Source: Kineococcus radiotolerans SRS30216 = ATCC BAA-149 (lineage in GTDB: Bacteria > Actinomycetota > Actinomycetes > Actinomycetales > Kineococcaceae). Taken from it: 32,000 nucleotides of DNA. Shown piece after piece: positions 6,429-14,754 of the stretch. The stretch is from positions 1,260,001-1,292,000 of the forward strand of contig NC_009664.2 in NCBI RefSeq assembly GCF_000017305.1, written 5' to 3'. Numbering within the stretch: the first letter of the stretch is position 1; each line of letters opens with the position of its first letter. Below the pieces are notes generated by a model. It worked only from the letters and a program-made list of their open reading frames with translations. It searched no databases and was not told the origin of the DNA. The position numbers were made by a program, and so were the translations under genes.

Positions 6429-8135
6429 TCAGACCGGCACGATCTCCGGGGCCTGCAGGCGCACCGCGTCGGCGGAGGCGTCGTCGGGCTGCTCCTGCGA
6501 GGCGCGCTCGGCGGCCACCCGCTGCAGGTAGGTCCGGACCTCGGTGGCGCGGCGCTCGTCGTCCCACCCGAGGGGGCCGGCGACGAGGTCCGCGGCGAGT
6601 TCCGCGGTCTCGGTGCCGCGGTCGTAGGTCTCGATCGAGATCCGGGTGCGGCGGGCCAGGACGTCGTCGAGGTGACGGGCGCCCTCGTGGGTCGCGGCGT
6701 AGACGACCTCGGCCTTCAGGTACTCGTCGGCGTGCGGCAGGACCTCGCCCAGGGTCGGGTCGGCGACGATGAGCGCGAGGACCTCGTCGATCGCCGAGCC
6801 GTAGCGGTTGAGCAGGTGCTCGACGTGGTCGACGTGGATCCCGGCCCTCGCCGCCAGCGCGTGCCGCTGGTTCCACAGCGCGTGGTAACCCTCGGCGCCG
6901 ACGAGCGGGACGTTCTCGGTGGTGGAGGCGGGGACCTTCCCGTCCAGCCCCTCCACGGCGACGTCGACGGCGTCCTTGGCCATCACCCGGTACGTCGTGT
7001 ACTTGCCGCCGGCGACGACGACCAGCCCGGGGACGGGGTGGCCCACGACGTGCTCGCGCGACAGCTTCGAGGTCGACTCCGACTCCCCCGACAGCAGCGG
7101 GCGCAGCCCGGCGTAGACGCCCTGGACGTCCTCGCGGGCCAGCGGGGACTTCAGCACCGAGTTGGCGTGCTCGAGGACGTAGTCGATGTCGGCGCTGGTC
7201 GCGGCCGGGTGGGCCTTGTCCATCGTCCAGTCGGTGTCGGTGGTGCCGATGATCCAGTGCCGGCCCCACGGGATGATGAAGAGGACCGACTTCTCGGTGC
7301 GCAGGATCACGCCCGTCTTCGACTGGATCCGGTCGCGCGGCACGACGAGGTGGATGCCCTTGGACGCGCGGACCTTGAACTGCCCGCGGGCGTTGACCAG
7401 TTCCTGCGTCTCGTCGGTCCACACGCCGGTGGCGTTGATGACCTGCTTGGCCTTCACCCGGATCTCGGCCCCGGACTCCAGGTCCACCAGGACCGCGCCG
7501 ACGACGCGCTCGCCCTCGCGGACGAACTCCTTGACACGGGTGCGGTTGGCGACGAGCGCCCCGTACGTCGCCGCCGTGCGGGCGATCGTCATGGTGTGCC
7601 GGGCGTCGTCCACCTGACCGTCGTAGTACTGGATGGCCCCGACCATGGCGTCCTTGCGGATGCCGGGGGCCTCCCGCTGGACGCCCTTGCGGGTCAGGTG
7701 GCGGTGCAGCGGGAAACCCTTGTTGTTGCCCCCGGAGATCGCCATGGCGTCGTACAGCGCGACCCCGGACCCCACGTAGGGGCGCTCGGTGACCCGCTTG
7801 GACAGCGGGTAGAGGAACGGGACGGGCCGGACCAGGTGCGGGGCCAGCTTGTTGCGCAGCAGGCCGCGCTCGCTGAGCGCCTCGTGCACGAGGGCGAAGT
7901 CCAGCATCTCCAGGTAGCGCAGGCCACCGTGGATGAGCTTGGACGAGCGGCTGGAGGTCCCCGACGCCCAGTCCCGCGCCTCCACCATCGCCGTCCGCAG
8001 ACCGCGGGTCACCGCGTCCAGGGCCGCACCCGTCCCGACGACCCCGCCGCCGACGACGAGGACGTCGAGCTCACCTTCCGCCATCTCCCGCAGCGCGTCC
8101 GCACGTGCCTGCGGTGACAGTGCCTTGATCTCCAC
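6429..8135 (-). CDS. glpD: FAD-dependent aerobic glycerol-3-phosphate dehydrogenase
   Basis: 568-aa ORF with a GTG start preceded by GAGGAG. The dinucleotide fold is DVLVVGGGVVGTGAALDAVTRGL, followed by the GlpD signature WASGTSSRSSKLIHGGLRYLE. It sits immediately downstream of glpK. Confidence 0.95.
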   Translation of the reverse strand: MEIKALSPQARADALREMAEGELDVLVVGGGVVGTGAALDAVTRGLRTAMVEARDWASGTSSRSSKLIHGGLRYLEMLDFALVHEALSERGLLRNKLAPHLVRPVPFLYPLSKRVTERPYVGSGVALYDAMAISGGNNKGFPLHRHLTRKGVQREAPGIRKDAMVGAIQYYDGQVDDARHTMTIARTAATYGALVANRTRVKEFVREGERVVGAVLVDLESGAEIRVKAKQVINATGVWTDETQELVNARGQFKVRASKGIHLVVPRDRIQSKTGVILRTEKSVLFIIPWGRHWIIGTTDTDWTMDKAHPAATSADIDYVLEHANSVLKSPLAREDVQGVYAGLRPLLSGESESTSKLSREHVVGHPVPGLVVVAGGKYTTYRVMAKDAVDVAVEGLDGKVPASTTENVPLVGAEGYHALWNQRHALAARAGIHVDHVEHLLNRYGSAIDEVLALIVADPTLGEVLPHADEYLKAEVVYAATHEGARHLDDVLARRTRISIETYDRGTETAELAADLVAGPLGWDDERRATEVRTYLQRVAAERASQEQPDDASADAVRLQAPEIVPV

Positions 8136-8202
8136 GACCTGCTCCTCAACCTGTTCCGGCGCCGAGCGCCGGCTCCACTGCTGGTGTCCTGCTCCATGGT
8201 GT

Positions 8203-8233
8203 GCGCCGGGCGCGCGATCCGCGCGCCCGGCGC
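8203..8233 (-). promoter_or_regulatory. Intercistronic perfect GC hairpin between glpK and glpD
   Basis: GCGCCGGGCGCGCG-ATC-CGCGCGCCCGGCGC: a 14-bp perfect stem with a 3-nt loop, lying in the 114-nt glpK-glpD spacer. Confidence 0.5.
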
Positions 8234-8249
8234 GTCCCGGGTCCTGACG

Positions 8250-9782
<1,533 letters not shown>

Positions 9783-9814
9783 GTCTCGTCCGTCTCCTCG
9801 TCGAGTCTGTCGGG

Positions 9815-10660
9815 TCAGTGGTCGGTGCGGACGCGGCCCTCGGGCTCCGCGGCGTCCTCGTCGGGCAGGTGGCGCTCGACGAGCACCTTGTAGAGCGCGC
9901 CGCCGATGAGGCCGCCGAGGACGGGGGCGACGATGGGCACCCAGAAGTAGAACTGGTTCCCGACGGGTTCGCGCATCGCCGTGGAGTAGCCGGTGAGCCA
10001 GGACGCCACCCGGGGACCGAAGTCGCGCGCGGGGTTGATGGCGTAGCCGGCGTTGCTGCCCCACGCCATGCCGATGCCGACGACGACGAGGCCGACGATG
10101 AAGGGGGCGAGGTTCGCCCCGGGCGGCATGGCCCGCGTCTGGGAGATCGCGAAGATCAGGAAGACGAGGATGGCGGTGCCGACGACCTGGTCGAGGAAGG
10201 CGGTGCCGATGCTGACGCCCTCGCCGGGCAGGGTGGAGAAGATGCCCTGGGTGGCGGAGGTGGTGTCCGGGTCGACCGTCGCGATGGCGTCCGCGTAGAC
10301 CCAGCGGACGACGAGCGCGGCGACGAGGGCGCCGAGGAACTGCGCGACGCTGTAGGGGAGGACCTTCTTCCAGGAGAAGCCCTGGAAGACCGCGAGGGCG
10401 ATGGTCACCGCGGGGTTGAGGTGGGCGCCGGTGGTGCGGCCGGCGACGTAGATGCCGAAGGTGACCCCGAGGCCCCAGGCCCAGTGGATCGAGTCGTCGC
10501 CGCCGTTCTGGCCCGCCACGACCTGGGCGACCACGCCGACGCCGAAGAGGATGAGGATCGCCGTACCGGCGAACTCGGCGAGGAGCTCACCGGTGAGGGT
10601 GGGGTTTCGCTGGACCGCGCGCTGTGGTGGCGCGCTCGCCGTCGAGTTGCTGTGGGACAT
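9815..10660 (-). CDS. glpF: Glycerol uptake facilitator (MIP/aquaglyceroporin)
   Basis: Trimmed to the ATG at 10660, which is preceded by GGAG. The two NPA boxes are HLNPAVT and INPARD, and the protein has six hydrophobic segments. It lies upstream of glpK. Confidence 0.9.
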   Translation of the reverse strand: MSHSNSTASAPPQRAVQRNPTLTGELLAEFAGTAILILFGVGVVAQVVAGQNGGDDSIHWAWGLGVTFGIYVAGRTTGAHLNPAVTIALAVFQGFSWKKVLPYSVAQFLGALVAALVVRWVYADAIATVDPDTTSATQGIFSTLPGEGVSIGTAFLDQVVGTAILVFLIFAISQTRAMPPGANLAPFIVGLVVVGIGMAWGSNAGYAINPARDFGPRVASWLTGYSTAMREPVGNQFYFWVPIVAPVLGGLIGGALYKVLVERHLPDEDAAEPEGRVRTDH

Positions 10661-10712
10661 GGGTAACTCCACGTTGAGTCGAGTTTCAGACGGCGATGTT
10701 GCCGTGGACCGC

Positions 10713-10741
10713 AACGTAGGAGGGGCCACCAGCGCCGTCAA
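10713..10741 (-). promoter_or_regulatory. Candidate housekeeping-sigma promoter of glpFKD: TTGACG-N17-TACGTT
   Basis: On the minus strand the -35 is TTGACG (10741-10736), followed by a 17-nt spacer and the -10 TACGTT (10718-10713). This would give a leader of about 45 nt before the glpF ATG. The inverted repeat ACGGC-N6-GCCGT (10690-10705) sits at the predicted transcription start. Confidence 0.4.
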
Positions 10742-10757
10742 CGCGGTGCGTTCGACC

Positions 10758-12563
10758 ATGTCGGACGATCGCGCCGGGCCCGCCGACCGGTCCTCACCCT
10801 CCGTGACGACTCACCCGTTCGGGCTCAAGTCCGCGACCCGACGTGCCGACGTCGTCCCGGTGACCCCCCTGCGCACCGACCCCGCGACGGCCGCTCCCGT
10901 CGACCTGGACCGCGTGCTGGGCGAGGACGCGCTGCGCACGGTCTTCCAGCTCGTCGTCGACCTGGACTCCCGGCGCCCGGTGGCCGTCGAGGCCCTGGTC
11001 CGGGGCCCGCGCGGCTCCGGCCTGGCCACCCCCGGGCAGCTCTTCGACGCGGCCGCGCGCACCGGCCGGCTCGCGGAGCTCGACCGCGCCTGCCTGCGGA
11101 CGGCGCTGCGCGCGGCGACCGGCGCGGGGCTGGCCGCGCCCTGGACGCTGTTCCTCAACGGCTCCCCCGACCAGGAGCTCCCCGCGGAGCTCACCGCCGG
11201 GGTCGCCGGCGCCCGGCCCGTCGTGGTCGACCTCACCGAGCGCGCGCTCACCACCCGCCCCGGGCAGGTCCTGCGCGCCGCGGCCGGGCTGCGCGCCCGC
11301 GGCCTCGGCGTGGCCCTCGACGACCTCGGCGCCGACCCCGCCGCCCTGGCCCTGCTGCCCCTGCTGCGGCCCGACGTCGTCAAGCTCGACCTGCGCCTGC
11401 TGGCCGCGCGCCCCGAGGCCGAGGTCGCCGCGATCGTCCAGGCCGTGTCCGCGCAGGCCGAGCGGGACGGGACGACCGTCCTGGCCGAGGGCGTCGAGAC
11501 CGAGGAGCACCTGCGCACCGCCCGGGCCCTGGGCGCCACGCTGGGCCAGGGGTGGCTCTTCGGACGCCCGGCCGCGCTGGGCGACCTCCTGGCCCGCACC
11601 CCCGTCCCCGCGCACCCGCTGCCCGTGCTGCCCCCCGCCGGTCCCGGCGGGGACGGCCCCACCCCCTTCGCGGCGCTGGAACGGCGCCGGCCCGCGCGCC
11701 GGGCGGGGACCGACGTGGTCGAGGAGGCGCTGCGCCACCTGGAGCGGCACGCGCTGCGCGGCGTCGAGCCGTCGACCGTCGTCGGCGTGGGCGCCACCTC
11801 CCCCGAGCGGGCCGCGCGGCACGAGCAGCTCGCCCGCCGCGCCGGGTTCGCGCTGAGCCTGCCCGGCGCCGACGGGCGCGGCGAGGACGTGCGCGGCACC
11901 GTCGTCCTGGGGCCGCACTTCGCCGGGGCCGTCCTGGCCCGCCCCGTCGCCGGCACCGGGGAGTTCGACCTCGTCGTCTCCCACGACCGCGCCCTCGTCA
12001 CCGCGCTGGTCACCGACCTCGTCCGGGACGCGCCGGACCACGTTCCCGTCCCCGTCACCGCCCCCGTCACCGCCCCCGTCCTCGCCCACCGGCCCGCGGT
12101 CGAGGCCGGACCGCCGGCGGCGGGACTCGGCGAGCAGGTGGGCGAGGCCCTGGAGGAGGGCCGCCGGGCCGGCACCGGGACCGGGCTGCTGGTCGTCGGC
12201 GTCGACGCCGCCGTCGGGACCGAGGGGCGGTGCGGGCCCGCGCGCGCGGAGGTCGTCCGCCGGATGCGCCGGGCGGTGCGCTCGGTGGACCGGTGGCTGC
12301 CGGTGGGGCCGGACCTGTTCGCCGTCCTGCTGACCGGGCTGCCCCGCTCCGGCAGCGAGGGGGTCGTGGAACGCGTCGCCGACGCCCTGCTGATGGCGGT
12401 GGAGACCTCGATGGACTCCCACCCCGACGTCTCGGTGAGCATCGGGGCGAGCCTGGCCCCGACCCGCGCCCACACCGGGGCGGAGGCGCAGCGGCAGGCG
12501 CTGGCCGCGCTCGACGCGGCGCGCCGCGCGGGTGGGCACTGCGCGCGGATCTGGCTGGTCTGA
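10758..12563 (+). CDS. c-di-GMP signalling protein: N-terminal EAL phosphodiesterase domain, a central DICT-like region and a C-terminal degenerate GGDEF-like domain
   Basis: The track ORF 10452..12563 is trimmed to the ATG at 10758, because the upstream part overlaps glpF. An in-frame GTG at 10746 is an alternative start. EAL motifs: EALVR, LFLNGSP, VVVDLTE, ALDDLG, VVKLDLRLL, AEGVETEEH, GQGWLFGRP. The C-terminal segment, VDRWLPVGPDLFAVLLTGL...VSVSIGAS, aligns to a GGDEF fold but has GPDLF in place of GG(D/E)EF. Confidence 0.8.
   Translation: MSDDRAGPADRSSPSVTTHPFGLKSATRRADVVPVTPLRTDPATAAPVDLDRVLGEDALRTVFQLVVDLDSRRPVAVEALVRGPRGSGLATPGQLFDAAARTGRLAELDRACLRTALRAATGAGLAAPWTLFLNGSPDQELPAELTAGVAGARPVVVDLTERALTTRPGQVLRAAAGLRARGLGVALDDLGADPAALALLPLLRPDVVKLDLRLLAARPEAEVAAIVQAVSAQAERDGTTVLAEGVETEEHLRTARALGATLGQGWLFGRPAALGDLLARTPVPAHPLPVLPPAGPGGDGPTPFAALERRRPARRAGTDVVEEALRHLERHALRGVEPSTVVGVGATSPERAARHEQLARRAGFALSLPGADGRGEDVRGTVVLGPHFAGAVLARPVAGTGEFDLVVSHDRALVTALVTDLVRDAPDHVPVPVTAPVTAPVLAHRPAVEAGPPAAGLGEQVGEALEEGRRAGTGTGLLVVGVDAAVGTEGRCGPARAEVVRRMRRAVRSVDRWLPVGPDLFAVLLTGLPRSGSEGVVERVADALLMAVETSMDSHPDVSVSIGASLAPTRAHTGAEAQRQALAALDAARRAGGHCARIWLV
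12051..12086 (+). repeat. In-frame tandem 12-nt repeat (CCCGTCACCGCC x2 plus one diverged unit) encoding PVTA-PVTA-PVLA in the EAL protein linker
   Basis: Read directly from the sequence. The units start at 12051, 12063 and 12075. Confidence 0.7.
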
Positions 12564-12628
12564 GAGGCTCGTTCCCGAAATCCGGTGCGGGCGCGCTGCC
12601 GCGCTCGTCGACGAGGGACTTGGTGGGG

Positions 12629-13852
12629 ATGTCGGGGTACTTCGCGCTGCTGCGCGATCCGTTGGTGGCTCGTCCGTTCGTCTCCTCGGTGGTGGCCCGC
12701 GTCCCCATCGCCACGGCGCCGCTGGGGCTGGTGCTGCTGGTCCGCGACCAGCGCGACTCGTACTCCCTGGCGGGGATCGTGACGGGGCTGTTCGCCGTCG
12801 GGCTGGCCGTGGGCTCGCCGTTCTGGGGACGGGCGATGGACCGGCTGGGGCAGCCGCGCGTCCTGGTGCCCACCGCGACGGCCAGCGGGGTCCTGCTCCT
12901 GCTGCTGACGATCGCCACCGCGTGGTCGTCGGTGCCGGTGCTCGTGCTGCCGGTGCTGGCGCTGCTGGCGGGGATCGCGTTCCCGCCGCTGAGCCCGGCG
13001 ATGCGCTCCACCTGGCGGGTGGTGGTCCGCGAGGAACGGGCCCGCCGGCACGGCTACGCCCTCGACGCGGCCGCCGTGGAGACGATCTTCGTGGGCGGGC
13101 CGCTGCTGCTGAGCGGGCTGCTGCTGCTCGGGGTGGCCGCCCTGCCGCTGCTGGTGACGGTGCTGCTGCTGGTGGGCGGGACCCTGGCCTACGTCCGCTC
13201 CCCCGGGGCGCGGCAGGCGCCGGTCGCCGTCGACGAGGAGGCGCACGGCGGGGCCTCGGTCCTGCTGCACAGCGCCGGGTTCGTCCTGCTCATGGTCGTC
13301 ATGGCGACCATGAGCGTCGGCTTCGGCATCCTCGACGTGTCCCTCGCGGGGCTGACCGAGCACCTGCTGGGTTCCGCGGACCGCCTCGGGGTGCTGTTCG
13401 CCCCCATCGCGGGCGGTTCGGCCCTGGGCGGGCTGCTCTACGGCAGCCGCAACTGGCGCAGCTCCGACCGGCGCCGGCTGCTGGTGTCGCTGTCGGTCTT
13501 CGGGGCGCTGCTGCTCGCGGTCGCCGCCTGCGCCGGGGCGGACGTGCCGCTGGTGGTGCTGATGCTGGTCCTCTTCGCCACCGGCCTCTTCATCTCCCCC
13601 AACCTCATCGCCGCGCAGAGCCTGGTGGACCAGCTCGCCCCGGCGCACCGGCTGGGCGAGGCGCAGGCCTGGCTGTCGACGGCGATCACCGCCGGGGCCG
13701 CGCTCGGCAACGCGGCGGCGGGCCTGATCCTGGACGCCGCCGGGCCCGGGGAGGCGCTGGCGACGGCGGCCGGTGCGGTGCTGCTGGCGGCGGTGGCGTG
13801 CCTGGCGGCGCAGCGGGTGTGGGCCCGGCGACCGGCGGCCCTGCCGGTCTGA
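12629..13852 (+). CDS. MFS transporter (12-TM type, substrate unknown)
   Basis: In the frame of track ORF 11552..13852, taken from the ATG at 12629. Sequence: MSGYFALLRDPLVARPFVSSVVARVPIATAPLGLVLLV...GSPFWGRAMDRLGQPRVLV (the loop 2-3 motif). The protein is hydrophobic throughout. The upstream part of the track ORF is Arg/Pro-rich and overlaps the EAL gene. Confidence 0.8.
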   Translation: MSGYFALLRDPLVARPFVSSVVARVPIATAPLGLVLLVRDQRDSYSLAGIVTGLFAVGLAVGSPFWGRAMDRLGQPRVLVPTATASGVLLLLLTIATAWSSVPVLVLPVLALLAGIAFPPLSPAMRSTWRVVVREERARRHGYALDAAAVETIFVGGPLLLSGLLLLGVAALPLLVTVLLLVGGTLAYVRSPGARQAPVAVDEEAHGGASVLLHSAGFVLLMVVMATMSVGFGILDVSLAGLTEHLLGSADRLGVLFAPIAGGSALGGLLYGSRNWRSSDRRRLLVSLSVFGALLLAVAACAGADVPLVVLMLVLFATGLFISPNLIAAQSLVDQLAPAHRLGEAQAWLSTAITAGAALGNAAAGLILDAAGPGEALATAAGAVLLAAVACLAAQRVWARRPAALPV

Positions 13853-13861
13853 GCGCCCCCG

Positions 13862-13867
13862 TAGGCT
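13862..13867 (+). promoter_or_regulatory. Candidate -10 box TAGGCT 8 nt before the SDR GTG (leaderless-type)
   Basis: CCGTAGGCTcctgcctcGTG. The same 9-mer, CCGTAGGCT, occurs upstream of helZ. It lies in the 23-nt MFS-SDR spacer, which has no SD sequence. Confidence 0.3.
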
Positions 13868-13875
13868 CCTGCCTC

Positions 13876-14706
13876 GTGACCAGCGCCACGCCGCCCCGCC
13901 CCGCCCGCCCGACCGCCCTGGTGACGGGCGCCACCGCGGGGCTGGGGGCGGGCTTCGCCCGGTCGCTGGCCCGGCGCGGGCACGACCTGGTGATCGTCGC
14001 GCGCGACGCCGAGCGGCTGGACTCCACGGCCGCGGCGCTGCGCGCCGAGCACGGGGTCGGCGTCGAGGTCCTCGCCGCGGACCTGTCGGTGCGCGCCGAC
14101 CTGGACCGGGTCGCGCAGCGGGTGGGCAGCGTCGAGGCTCCCGTCGACGTGCTCGTCAACAACGCCGGGTTCGGCCTCAAGCAGCGCTTCTTCGACGGGG
14201 ACCCGGCCGACCACGAGCGGATGTTCGACGTGCTGTGCCGGGCGGTGATGGTCCTGTCCCGGGCCGCGGCCGGGGCGATGGTGCCGCGGGGGCGGGGACG
14301 GGTCCTCAACGTCGGCTCGGTGGCCGGGCTGGTGCCCGGCGGGGGCCACTACTCGGCGGCCAAGGCCTACGTGATCGTGCTGACCGAGACCCTGGCCGGG
14401 GAGCTGCGCGGGACCGGCGTCACCGCGACGGTGGTCGAGCCCGGCTACGTGCGCACCGAGTTCCACGCCCGCTCGGGGATGCGCTCGGGGGGCAGCTCCA
14501 GCCTGTCGAACCGGATCTGGCTGGACATCGACGAGGTGGTGGACGCGGCGCTGGACGACACCTTCGCGGGCCGGGTGGTGAGCGTGCCGACGCGGCGGTG
14601 GAAGGCGGTCTCGACCCTGCTGGACGTCGCCCCGCGCCGGCTGGTCAGCACGGTCTGGAACGCGATGCCGTCCGGCGCGCGGCGCCGGCACCCGACGCAG
14701 CGGTGA
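13876..14706 (+). CDS. Short-chain dehydrogenase/reductase (SDR) family oxidoreductase
   Basis: GTG start at 13876 in the frame of track ORF 12532..14706. Motifs: ALVTGATAGLGAGFARSLARRGHDLVIVARD (TGxxxGxG Rossmann), NNAG, and the S...YSAAK catalytic triad. Confidence 0.85.
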   Translation: MTSATPPRPARPTALVTGATAGLGAGFARSLARRGHDLVIVARDAERLDSTAAALRAEHGVGVEVLAADLSVRADLDRVAQRVGSVEAPVDVLVNNAGFGLKQRFFDGDPADHERMFDVLCRAVMVLSRAAAGAMVPRGRGRVLNVGSVAGLVPGGGHYSAAKAYVIVLTETLAGELRGTGVTATVVEPGYVRTEFHARSGMRSGGSSSLSNRIWLDIDEVVDAALDDTFAGRVVSVPTRRWKAVSTLLDVAPRRLVSTVWNAMPSGARRRHPTQR

Positions 14707-14742
14707 ATCCCCGCTTCTAGAACACGCAGCGTAGTTGGACGG

Positions 14743-14748
14743 TAACGT
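14743..14748 (+). promoter_or_regulatory. Candidate -10 box TAACGT 6 nt before the GAF-PP2C GTG (leaderless-type)
   Basis: GGTAACGTagaggtGTG, within an unusually AT-rich 48-nt spacer. The AGAGG sits too close (1-2 nt) to the GTG to act as a normal SD sequence. Confidence 0.3.
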
Positions 14749-14754
14749 AGAGGT

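Noticed and set aside
3593-6531. Long ORFs 3593..5362 (-) and 3790..6531 (+), and smaller nested ones (4270..4479, 4730..5035, 5571..6041, 5651..5941, 5741..6016)
   Set aside because: These are Arg/Gly/Pro-rich products without domains. They overlap the SWIM, GATase and CARDB genes, whose frames show real motifs and G/C-saturated third positions.
6334-8247. ORFs 6334..7422 (-), 6420..8117 (+), 6919..7116, 7186..7617, 7694..7927, 7933..8247 and 8009..8197 overlapping glpD
   Set aside because: These are alternate-frame or antisense ORFs to an unambiguous GlpD frame, with low-complexity translations.
9818-10759. ORFs antisense or alternate-frame to glpF (9818..10666, 10053..10298, 10405..10590), the 33-codon extension of glpF (10661..10759), and the 5' part of ORF 10452..12563
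   Set aside because: The glpF ATG at 10660 has a GGAG ribosome-binding site, and MIP homology starts after it. The 10452-10757 segment of the + ORF lies antisense to glpF and has no EAL-protein-like sequence.
10794-13648. Minus-strand ORFs 10794..12539 (581 aa), 10811..13648 (945 aa), 12067..13011 and 13189..13407, and the 5' parts of + ORFs 11552..13852 and 12532..14706
   Set aside because: These are low-complexity Arg/Pro/Gly/Ser products antisense or out of frame to the EAL, MFS and SDR genes. The hydrophobic MFS sequence and the Rossmann-fold SDR sequence start at 12629 and 13876 respectively.
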